Of a stretch of 64,000 nt of DNA, positions 13,530-24,560 are shown one piece after another (position 1 is the first letter of the stretch; each line of letters opens with the position of its first letter). Under the pieces are notes generated by a model. The model was not told the origin of the DNA. It saw only the letters and a list, made by a program, of their open reading frames with translations, and made no database searches. The DNA lies in assembly GCA_051362555.1 (NCBI GenBank), contig CM120649.1:17622567-17686566 (forward strand), written 5' to 3'. A program made the translations under genes and the position numbers. The DNA comes from Lingula anatina. Its lineage: Eukaryota; Animalia; Brachiopoda.

Positions 13530-14030
13530 CTGATTGGTCAGATGGGTGGTTGGCACGGTAACACAGTGAAAATAAGGCCAGCAATTGGATGAAAGCACAA
13601 TATGGTCACAGCATGCAGAGTAGAGAGCACACACCGCAAGCAAGAGTGAAAAGTGCATGTGAAATAAAAAAAAGAAAGTGAAACATTGTTACTGAAAAAC
13701 ATGTATACCAATTTCAGTTAACGTGGCATAAACTAAACTTCCTAAAAATATTGTTAAAAAACAGTTCCCTTCACCTTTGTAATTGTTATAAAATTCAGGA
13801 AACAATGAAAAGAGGTGACTTACAACCAGAAATTTAGTACATTGTTCATGCTGACAGTAAGCAGTAGAATCCAAAATACATTAGCACAGGGATACAATTA
13901 TTGCACATCTATGTCACATTTACATTTTTGAGCTCAAAGATGTCCAAAGTACTTTGCTTCTATTAATTGAAGCAAAATCCCCAAACATTTGATTAAAAAT
14001 CTGTGCAATACTTTAGAAAGAAAAGATTGT

Positions 14031-14032
<2 letters not shown>

Positions 14033-14077
<45 letters not shown>
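14033..14077. repeat. Poly(A) tract, about 45 nt (poly-U in the mbl pre-mRNA)
   Basis: Direct observation. Confidence 0.9.
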
Positions 14078-14079
<2 letters not shown>

Positions 14080-14487
14080 GTGATAAAAAGCAAACTAAAA
14101 CTTAAAGCAAATGTGAAATTTTAAAGGTCAAAATATAGCAGGAAGCCAAGGAGAGGAATGGTATTTTTCATGATACATGGAGACATTTCAGAGTACAACT
14201 TTTGTAGCAAAGAGTCAAGGGGGTAGTCTGACAAATAATTCTGATTTTGCTAAACAAATTCTGTTCAAATGGTGCCCTGTTGTAGCATATATCACTGAAC
14301 CACGGCCAAACCAGATGCTGATATATGGTTTAAATACCAACGGGTCAACATGTAAACACATTAAAATTGATATCAAAATGAGAACAAATAAAGCCATTGT
14401 AAATAATGAAAATCATTGAAAATTGTACATAAATTTAAATATATATATATATGCACATAAATTATGTAAATTGTATGTAAATCTTAC

Positions 14488-14638
14488 ATGCTACTGGCAT
14501 ATAACCTTGCTGGTGCTGTAGCTGCATGGAGAGAGCCTGTTGGTAGGCAGTGGCGGTGGTTGGCTGGTAGACAGGAAGCCCATTCTTATCTGCTACGGCC
14601 GGACGCTTGATGTACTGCGGCATTCCTGGGACCATGCC
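14488..14638 (-). CDS. mbl: Muscleblind exon with KRPA motif (second NLS half), phase 0 to 1
   Basis: Acceptor ttttattttatccatcag, donor GTAAGA, 151 nt. Reads GMVPGMPQYIKRPAVADKNGLPVYQPTTATAYQQALSMQLQHQQGYMPVA; KRPA..DK.GLPVYQP is characteristic of invertebrate Muscleblind. Confidence 0.92.
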
Positions 14639-15594
14639 CTGATGGATAAAATAAAATTCACAGGCATCTCAAATGCCTTAACCCACCCTAACTGACCAAG
14701 GAGGACGAAAATTCTCACGATTTTTGATTCAACTGAAAATTTTCGTTTCTCTTCAGAATGCGAGATAATAACCAAGATGACAGCAATGTTAGTTATAGTA
14801 ATAGTAATTAATTTGGAAGAGGTCAAAAACATGCCAAATGTATACAATTCTTTTTCGATTTTGCTTTAGGAAATGTTGGTGTTGATGAAAACATGAAAGG
14901 CTGGTGCTGTTTGCCAATAGCTGTGTTTCAAACCAGGATCATGGTGACTGAATTTGCATATCATTTACATAAGTGGATCTGCAGAAAAACAGGAATAAAG
15001 ACCTCACAGGTGGTTGGGTCAAGTTTTTTGGTTATGAAGCATGGTGGTGGGAATAAATAGTTCACAGTGACTGTTGTCACCAACGAGTAAAGGATAAAAC
15101 AATTTGGAAGAGGGTAAGTTTATAGGTAATGATGTTATATCGGGTTTCGTTGAGGTTTTTTCAACCCCTTCTATTTCTCAGTTACCATTATGCATTTTCA
15201 GTTCAACATGACTTGATTTACTGTGATAAAAGAAGAGACTGGATGGTGCAAGTCACTTTCAGCGCTGACTGAATATTGTGGGCATCATTTCATTCAAAAG
15301 ATTAAAAGCAGAAAACAGATGGGTTTGAAATCAAACTATACACCCCACCCACTAGTATATACCATTGTCATAGAATAATAACCCATGGCCAGCCTTACAT
15401 ATAACACACACTACTGCAGCCCAGACCTCCAGATGGAGCCACTTGTGGACACATTGGGTAACAAACACCTGGTGCTCTCTGAAGTGTGGGTAATGTTTGA
15501 TACCATGCATACAAATATTTTCAGGGTGATGAACTTTAGACTATATTCATATACACACCCACAAGTTGAGTTGGCATTAGCTGAGGTGTATGGA

Positions 15595-15860
15595 AGCTAA
15601 AATGTATTCAAACTGTATGTAAATATGTGCAAACAAATTGTGTCCTTCAGTCATAACTGCGGTGTGCTTGAAAGAATGTATGCAAATTGTATGTAAGTAT
15701 ATGCACATTAATTACGTCCATCAGGCATAAGCTGGTGTGACTGAAGGAATTCAAGTGTATGCAAATTGTTTGTAATACATATGCACATAAATTATGTCCA
15801 CCAAGCATAAGCTAAAATGCATGATAAAATGTACACAAATTGTTTGTAAATATGTGCCCA
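15595..15860. repeat. Degenerate tandem repeat, about 55-80-bp unit, about 4 copies
   Basis: TGTATGCAAATTGT(A/T)TGTAA.TATATGCACA recurs near 15603, 15678, 15757 and 15830. Confidence 0.7.
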
Positions 15861-18800
15861 TCAATGAAATGCCAATTATGTAAATGCTGAGCAAATCTTT
15901 CATGCTGACATTCTTTGCCCTAGAAGGATAACATTGTTCACCTTGTATCCACCCAATCAATGTTCACATTTTGGGTGTCTTAATGTTTACTGTGTCCAAG
16001 AGTAACTCTTTCTGTACATCCGAGCTGCACTAGTAACAGTCTTATTTTAGACAGACCAGGCTAGGAAAATACTTGCTGTAATTAATGCCTTCTTAAATCC
16101 TGCTGATACTGTGGTTACAAAACAATATAAATGTAGAAGCACATAAATCTTACCAACAGTTCTGGTCCAGAAGATTTAAAAGCAATCTTTATATCAGATA
16201 ATATTTATATCAGGTTAATATTTTACATGTATTTATAATTAAGGAAAAATATCAGAAATTCAATGAAACAATGTTTTTCATAGCACAGCAATTGGAAGAA
16301 AATTATACAATTTCAAAGAAGACTGTTGTGATAATCATAACTGCCCTAATTTTATTTATGTAAGAAAGTGTTATGTTTTTGGATAAAATATGCAATTGAA
16401 AAAATATTAACAATGTGTCCAATACTCTCAAAAAAAAAAAAAAAAAAAAAAAAAATCCAAATAAGTGAAGTTTGAAATGTGTGGGTAATTACCCTATCAA
16501 TGATGGAGAATAAGTGGAAGATTTTAAGAAGGCATTTGACATAGTTCTTTCCATCACAGCCTGCCATTACAGAGTTGATTCAGGGATCCCTTTAACAAAA
16601 GTAATACTGAGCACAATTCACTGAATTAGTTTAAGTTTCATGAGAAAATAATAATATGAATTATGTTACGAAAGTAATATCAACAGAGATATTAAATGTT
16701 TGGTATCACAGCATTTGAAATTCATGTTCACTTCTGCAAAGAAAGTGTTAAAAGAAAGGATAATTTAAACTATACAATGAACATTTCTTATCTCCAAATT
16801 CCAACGTCATTTAAGGATTGACACATCACCAAGAAACTGTAATAAACGTTTTTAAATGATACCACACATTACACTGTTATCAAAAGGATCCCTCAATTTC
16901 ACAAAAAACAAGTCATACACAATTCTCTTTAAATTAATTCATGTTTTGAAGTATAAATTTTTTTCCATTGTAACCATACATGTGCCCTCTTTCAAGAGAA
17001 AGAAAAATTCAAATTGATTTTTGCTTGCTGTGTATAACTTGTGACAAGAATTCTAAAGAAAGTACATCACTATTAAGCAACTTATTATCAAGCATTACTC
17101 TGCATTCTGACACTGATTGTCCTGCTGGTTTGGGTTGTCTTTGTTCTGACAATTCAAATGTTGGATGGAATGACCTTACTGGGCTGATATAACAATTAAA
17201 CAGGCGGAGAGGAGATTTGAAATAAATGTTAGATGTCATGACAAAACTAAGATTAGCCCAGTCCCAAATTTAAATTAAAAGGCCAATTCTGTCTAGAAAC
17301 GGTAATGTGATTGCATAAAAATTGCTTGAAAACATCTAGTCTGGATGATCCATGTAACTTTGGATATGATGGTGGATTCCAATAACTAGGCATGACTGAA
17401 TTTTGCATGGCAAATATTTCTTGGCAACAGTTTCAACAGTAACATAACAATCCCATAACACCAGGATATCAAGTGCACCATATTATATACACAATAGAAA
17501 CTTTAGAACCAAGTAAGGCAAAATAGTGAGCTCTACAGTCCTAAGCTTGTAAAATATTTTGCAACTGATAAAGTTTTATTTAAGTGATAACAGAGAATTT
17601 TTTAAAATTAAATAAACAAAGAAGGTTGCTCTCTATGTATTTATACATATTGACTAATATTTTCTAGATTTTTTGTTTCTAAAATTACTTTATTTATTAT
17701 ATGCATAACCACATGACACTGCTATTATGTAAAAGGTTAAAAGAACAATGTGCCCTAAAGACAAAAAAATTTAGTTCTGAATCATCAAAATGACGAAAAA
17801 TCCTTTTCTTCATGATTGTGACAACTTTTTGGAAATGAGCCACCAGCAAAGCCTTCTCTGCAAATATTTGGGCTTTAAGAGAAATGTTTGATGAAGGTTG
17901 ACTTAAATTTACATAGAAAATTAGGACTTTATTACATATTACTCCGAGCAGAAAGTAAATAAAATTCAAGCAAGTTACACTACAGGTAAAAGCTCATATT
18001 GGGAAATGAAAAAACCTCAAAAGCACTAACACTTCTAGTAAAACAATTTTGCATTTGGGGATTTCAATAATATCAAACAATGATTATAGCCAAAATAATT
18101 TACTAATGCAGCCCTACTACTTTGGTATTCTATAAGAATTTAATGCATCACCACAATTAGAAGTAAATTAAGTAAATTACAAGCAAAACTTGCAACATCT
18201 TGGTCCATTCAAAAATTGCAGTTATTCAATTTTTAAATTCTATATTTTTGTCTGAATTATGTTAACAGAAAGCATTTTCCTTCAAAGTTTCAAAGCTGGG
18301 AAGAAAAGGTTAATGAAAAGGAAAACCAAATACTTAAAAATATTGGCAAGCGGCATCAGGACTTGGGGGCATGTTTTCTTCTGTTCAATAACGGGCATGT
18401 TTTTGATTTTTTTTTAATCGCTGTTACCTCCATCCAGGACCCATTAACTATAACTATCTAATACCAATTAGAAGATAAATATAAAAAAGGTGCTAATGTG
18501 GCAATCCTGCAGGTGCTGTGAAAAAAAATCTAACAAATTAAATAAATAAAAAAACGAATTTTTTAACTTTCTCACCCTCTGAATCTATCATACCGTTTTT
18601 AACATCTACATCATGATAATTAGTTGGCACACACATAGTACATTGATGCTGGTTTTAACGGAGAGGTGTAGGTGGCAGCAATATATAGCTAAACACACAA
18701 TCCTGCCCATACAATAATAATGATGATAATAATAAATAACAGAATCAACCAATTATGAGTGGTCCAAAGCTTTTTAGAGAGATCTGAGGAGAACAGATGG

Positions 18801-18896
18801 TTGATATTGAGAGAGTAGCCTGTGTCATGTGGCTGTGCAAAACCATATTTTCAAAGCCTCTATCGCTACATGCAAAGCATCATGGGATCATAGTAC

Positions 18897-18962
18897 CAGA
18901 ATGAGATCGTCGGAGGGCTCACGAGGTCGCTTCTTTCCTGTCAAGACCTCAACCACTTGCGG
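18897..18962 (-). CDS. mbl: Muscleblind 66-nt NLS cassette exon (likely equivalent of vertebrate MBNL1 exon 5)
   Basis: Acceptor ctgcctactactaattag, donor CTG|GTACTATG. Symmetric phase 0, reads PQVVEVLTGKKRPREPSDDLIL with a basic KKRPR cluster. Confidence 0.88.
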
Positions 18963-19086
18963 CTAATTAGTAGTAGGCAGAGCACATGATGGGCCAATGA
19001 AATGGCAGCATGGCAGGGTTGGCGGCACATGACAACAGCAAGCAGCAAGGCATTGTGGGTAATAAAAATAAAAAGAAAAACGGCAC
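18963..19086 (-). promoter_or_regulatory. Intronic MBNL-binding (YGCY) cluster and AG-exclusion zone upstream of the NLS exon
   Basis: 12 minus-strand YGCY motifs counted in about 110 nt. No minus-strand AG between 18965 and 19086, and a U-rich tract is displaced to about 19060-19080. Confidence 0.8.
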
Positions 19087-19149
19087 CTTTTGTAAAAACA
19101 AGATAAGTCAAAAACCAACATGCATTCAAAACCATTGATCTAAGCTCAC

Positions 19150-19191
19150 TTTCAGCCCCAGTCGCATGCCTTTCAACGACTCCCCTTTTTT
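19150..19191 (-). CDS. mbl: Candidate 42-nt symmetric cassette exon (KKGESLKGMRLGLK)
   Basis: Acceptor gtttttttag, donor AAA|GTGAGC; length is a multiple of 3 and open in phase 0. Confidence 0.45.
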
Positions 19192-19681
19192 CTAAAAAAA
19201 CATCTGTATATAAAGTTTTCCCGTTCTCTCTAATAAATTACAGAGAACTATGTGAATACAAAATTAGTTTCCATTTTCCTTTTATCCTTATAATGATGAA
19301 GTCCACTAATAGATTCCACCTGTTCACTTTAATGGTTAATGCAGATAAACTAAAAGAGTCAGGCACACAGATATAGCTCATGCTGCAGACACCGCACTCC
19401 ACAACGTCTCTTCGTTACACAGACAACCAGGCAGTATTTAAATTTCACAGTACCATGCATGGCGCCCGCACTTCAGCCCCCAGCACCATTATACTCAGTG
19501 TAATTAAAAAAAAGCACCAGTCTATCATCTGGGTGGTCTCCTGGCAACAGTTGCTATGGCAATATCAAAAATATTTCTTTGCTAAGGACATTTTAGAATT
19601 AAATTTAGATCCAAAATTTGGTGCCATCAGAGAATTTGATGACCGCATGACAATGTTTTTGTTCTAGGTAACCAGACTGAC

Positions 19682-19724
19682 CTGGTTTAGAGGGACGTTG
19701 TGGAAGGGCGGAGTCAGTGGCACA
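19682..19724 (-). CDS. mbl: Candidate 43-nt frameshifting (poison-like) cassette exon
   Basis: Acceptor ctcctcgtctcctggtgccatctag, strong donor CAG|GTCAGT, in a GC-rich island. Phase 0 reads CATDSALPQRPSKP then shifts frame. Confidence 0.45.
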
Positions 19725-21228
19725 CTAGATGGCACCAGGAGACGAGGAGTGTGCAAATCATAGGAAACAGCAGTGTTGACGAAGGTACGCCTCTAAGCTG
19801 TGCCTTCCATATAATTTCTCCTTTTATTTATCATTTTAACTGATATAACTTCAAAGGTATTTGTTTTGTTTTGTTACTTCAGACTTTCTTTGAAATTGTT
19901 CCCATATTTTACACACAAAATTTGCCTTTTAAGATATAACTAAGTTCATACAATTCATTTAATAAGGGAATGATCTACTTAATACTGAGTTCTACTTTTA
20001 AGAGAAAATTTCATGAGAAAAATAAGTTTTTATCCATGTTATAAGCACAATTTACCTGAAATTATCACAAATGTCAATTAAAAAAAAAGGCATAAAAGCA
20101 GCACTGAAGATTCATTGAAATCTATATATTTTTTATGTGAAAAAAAAACAAAACTGATTAGTAGTTTTTTTACAAAAAAATCCATTACAACATAAGAAAT
20201 GCACACAGCATATTGAGTAACCAATTTCATCAAGATTAAGCCAAATGTAGATGAAAGTTCAGGTGAAAGATACACATATATTTTATCCAAAGAAAGTCTG
20301 AAATAACAAAGCTCAGAGTCTGAAAGGCAGCGGTCAACCCAAGACTGAAACTAAGCTAGTAGAATAAATACTTTAAGACTCTGTACACAATGTAATATGA
20401 ATACTACCTAGATTAAAAAGCAATAGACAGAGAGGTCTACCCAGTTTCAAGTGTAATTATGAAATAAGATGGCAAATCACAACATTGTTTCACACAGAAA
20501 GGTATCGAAAAAATTTTTTTTGCGATATTTCATTTTCAATTAGTTAAAGTACACTTCAGAATCACTTTAAGTTCAAAACAAATCTAAAATTTCTAGTGCT
20601 ATGAATTTCTGAACTACTGCAATGAATTTCTTGTTATAGTAAGATATTTTCTGCTGCATTATGTAGCAAGATGAAAGTACAAGTAGCATTATATATTTCA
20701 CACAAATATAACAGCAAGTGAGAAAGGTGATTTATGTAACCAAAAGTTTGGTGCTCCTGTGTAGTCCATTTTTTCTATAACCTCATACGAATAATTAAGG
20801 TTCAAAATGTGACTTGCTGCACTGATTATATCATTCTTAAACTTCATGATATATATTTTTTTGTTTTTTTTATTATTTATTTAAGAAGCAATGATCTGAG
20901 AGCAATTTTAAAAAATGTGACTTACACTCAATTTTAGTCATTTTTGTCCAGTATTATTTTTGGCCTAAATACAATGCAAACAATTTTGTTCTATATCACT
21001 GGTTGGCATTTGAGGTTATACAGAAAATTGACTTGGGTGAAAATTGGCTTTAATAATTAAAAACAAAGATGTAAATATATGTAACAGAATAATAAAGCCA
21101 ACGTTTGATAGGGGTGACTTTTTATAAACCCCTTTCAAATTTGGCAGTTCATTATACTGTTTAAGCTACATCTGCTTTGTTGTTTTTAGTTGAAATGTGA
21201 ATGAATCTTGATTCAAATGCAAGTTTTC

Positions 21229-21231
<3 letters not shown>

Positions 21232-21271
<40 letters not shown>

Positions 21272-21282
21272 TGTGTGTGTGT
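21232..21282. repeat. (GA)n then (GT)n microsatellite
   Basis: Direct observation. Confidence 0.95.
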
Positions 21283-22476
21283 CCAAACATACAAACAACA
21301 ACAGAACAGATGTTGGTACATGAATTATTCAAAAGAAAACAAAAAAGGTAAATCATATATCATCTTTGACTATCTCTCTAAACATGGAAACATACACACG
21401 AACAAACAAAACATTTTTTTCTCTATAGTAACATAAAACATACAAAACAAAAACAAATCACTATGGAAACAAAGACAGCAGGACCACTAAGAACTTTGCT
21501 ACAAAGCGATGATCGACGTCACATAATACAAGGGCTTAAACAAAGTGCATAGGGCTCAAATGGTTTACAAATGGCGTAAATAGTAACCACTGGGCTTAAA
21601 CAAAGACCACAGATGAGGGCTTAATAAATTATGCCCAAGTCACCAAATGAGCACTACTGTAAAACAATGCCAAGTTTTTTCAACTGGGTTATAAAAGAAA
21701 TTGACAACCTACCCTGACAGCTTGCCGGACACTTGCAATATTCCCAAGCATCTGATTGGTTGATAAATTGACTCGCTAGTAATAGTGTGCTTTAATGAGA
21801 TGACCTATAACAGGATTTTGGCATAAGGGAAGTGCTTTGAATCGGTTTCTTTGAAGGTGATTCGTGGCTTCAAGCTTAGAGGCTTTTAAGCTAGCTTGGC
21901 AACTGAATACAGAGAATATCCATAGTTTCACAAAACAGTGCATACTGAAAAGCTGTGTCTGAAATTATGGGATGGCGAGAGGAGAGTTTGTGAGATCTGG
22001 AATTTGAAGAAATACAGGGGGATACAAAGGGGTGAGGTAGCAGTTTGACCATGTAGCCTACAGGGTGACAGGAAAATCTGGAACAGGAATTAATCTAAGT
22101 GACATCCACAAAGCACAGTCCCCTAAAAGCCAATCCTCAGCAATAGTTCAGTTTTCCAGTCTCTTTTAAAATATATTTGTCCTTTCTGGCACCTTCATTA
22201 ATTTTTCTTTTGTCAAAAGACTACTGGAAATTGAACAAGTGAAACATCTATGTTGGCAAAATGTTTGAAAATATAACAAAGAGTTTTAGACATACGACTC
22301 CAGTTTAAAAACAGTGGAAAAAATATTCTGGCTTTATCTTCTCAAATAAAATGCCCAAATCATTGAAAAATATGCTATGGAAAATTATGAAGACTTCATT
22401 TTATATGCAATTTCTTCTCATGCTAATTGTGAACAATGCGACTTTTTTTTTACAGTATGACTACATTGTATCATGC

Positions 22477-22515
<39 letters not shown>

Positions 22516-23352
22516 CGAATTTTTTTAAAAATCTTTTTTATTTGCAACATTTCGCCACACTGTATCTTTTCTGCAAGGGGGAAAATAGGCTGACAACACA
22601 AGCAAAGTTCTTAGCAGTACTAGGCACCACTATGCGTGACCCAAAACAACAGAAAAATAAAGAAGTAGAAAAAACAGACATACAAAAGAGAACAGGAAGA
22701 AAGTGAACACAGAGAACAGGATAAAGAAAAATTAACAAAGCTTCCCATCGCACTACGTATCCCTGCACTGGCCGTTAAGCCATTTTGAAATTCTCCTCCC
22801 TTTTGAAAGGAAAAAAAATTCCAACATGACCTTCTTCCCAAGTTCGCAGCCTTCAGTAAGTCAGGGGCCTCATTTACAATGGGGATTGTACATTTAATTC
22901 ATATGCAGAAGAAAGCCTATCATTCTTTGCCAATCATCTTTAACCAATCTTATTAAAATTAGATCATATGAATAAGCAGAGAATGACAGGACATAACTGT
23001 GTAAATGAGGGTGTGTTGGGGGGGGGGGGGGGCAGGGGAGGTTGACCTCAAGTGACCTGGTGGTTAGTTACTTTGACCACATCACCAAAGTTGTCACCTG
23101 CTCTAGCATGGTACCCCTGTGCACTTAAAGCCAACCTTGGAAGTGGGCACCTTAGGGGGATTAGGAGGCCGGACATCTTTTGAAAAAAACTGTACTGGAA
23201 TAAGAACTAGTAAATTAATCACACATGAAGCGCTGACAGACTGAATTCAACTGAAAAGATGAAAGCTGGGATCGAAAGACATCCGATTTGAATCCTGCTG
23301 CTTTTTCAATCTTTCTTTCTTTTCCGTGCTTCTCAGTTTCAGTTTTACTTAC

Positions 23353-23427
23353 ATTGCTCACAGATACAGGGACAGCCGCTCCAGGCGCTTCTTGGGCGTT
23401 TAGATCCACCCAGTATGTGCCGCTGGT
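23353..23427 (-). CDS. mbl: Muscleblind 75-nt symmetric exon (probably alternative)
   Basis: Acceptor tcactaccaattcag, consensus donor GTAAGT. Phase 0 reads TSGTYWVDLNAQEAPGAAVPVSVSN; GC-rich relative to its flanks. Confidence 0.65.
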
Positions 23428-24392
23428 CTGAATTGGTAGTGATAACATTTGAAACTGGCTCGTAGCAGGGCAAAGTACCACAACAATATCCTTATCAAGT
23501 TTTCTTAATTGCTTTTAAAAGTAACTCTTCGCCATCAAGCAACCAATTTTAATTCAAGTAATGATTGTTAATCCTTTTCTGTATCTTATGTTTTGTCATT
23601 TTTCAATTAGGTCATAGTTAAAGTACCAATTATGTTTAGACTTTTTGAGAATCATGCATGTTTAGCTTTAGCTTCTTTTAGGGATGATAAAAAATTGCGG
23701 TAAATATGCCCACCCATGAAAACCACACTGAAAACCAGGATTTGTATGAATAATCAGTAATACTGTTAGGTATTTATGTAAAAATTTTTTTTGTTTTCAT
23801 TTGGACCTTTCTCCTCTCCTCCTTGTAAGCAAACACAGAAAGAGCAAATTTAACAATTATGGGCTAAAATCAGAGCAAAGGGAAATAGTGGTAAAATAAT
23901 TCAATCGAAATAAAAGATTACAGAGCAGCAAAGGCAGGACTATTGATGGCAATCACTGAGGAAGCTGTTATAAATTTAATTGTTTCTGTTGGTCCTGTAT
24001 AACCCAAGACCGGTTTTCTGGTAATAAAATTTGTTAATATAATTTTTGTATAGACAATTTAAAAAAAGATCATGTGACAGAAATTTGTGATATTTGATTT
24101 GAAGTATTTTATTTATAATGATTGATTTTTCAAAACATATATTATCATGTTATTTGTATAATGAATACAGAAAAAGCTACAAAAAAAAAAAAAAAAAAAA
24201 AAACTTCCAAAGCTTTTCTTCCAGTAAAAGAATGATGATTATCTTTTATCCTTTTTATCATTTGGCAGCACTTTGGAGAAAGAAAGATAAAGCAGCAGCA
24301 AGGCGTAATTTAAACTCAAATATAAATTATTTGCAGCATTATTTTCTGCTTTTTTGCAATCATTTTCAATTTAAGCTTCTTTCTTCTTTGAT

Positions 24393-24560
24393 TTAATATT
24401 TTGAGAGATAGGTAGGAACAGAGAGGTACAAATAAGATGTAGCAAGCAGATTTTCTTCATTTCTGATATTTTTTTCTGTTTGTTGAGGAAGAAAATTGGG
24501 GAAAGGTTGTACAAAAGATGTAGCAAGCGGCGGACTGGATGGCTGCAGGGCAGGGATTTC
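24393..24560 (-). CDS. mbl: Candidate alternative terminal exon after ZnF4
   Basis: Acceptor tgcgtgctcttcattggcag; open in phase 0 for 55 codons (EIPALQPSSPPLATSFVQPFPNFLPQQ...LSKY*). No recognisable homology. Confidence 0.3.
   Translation of the reverse strand, partial: EIPALQPSSPPLATSFVQPFPNFLPQQTEKNIRNEENLLATSYLYLSVPTYLSKY

Noticed and set aside
19682-19792. Longer 111-nt in-frame version of the 43-nt exon
   Set aside because: The reading frame is open, but the upstream AG lacks a pyrimidine tract. The shorter acceptor was preferred; the longer form is not excluded.
22738-22800. Possible exon GGEFQNGLTASAGIRSAMGSF
   Set aside because: The acceptor is plausible, but there is no credible donor and no homology.
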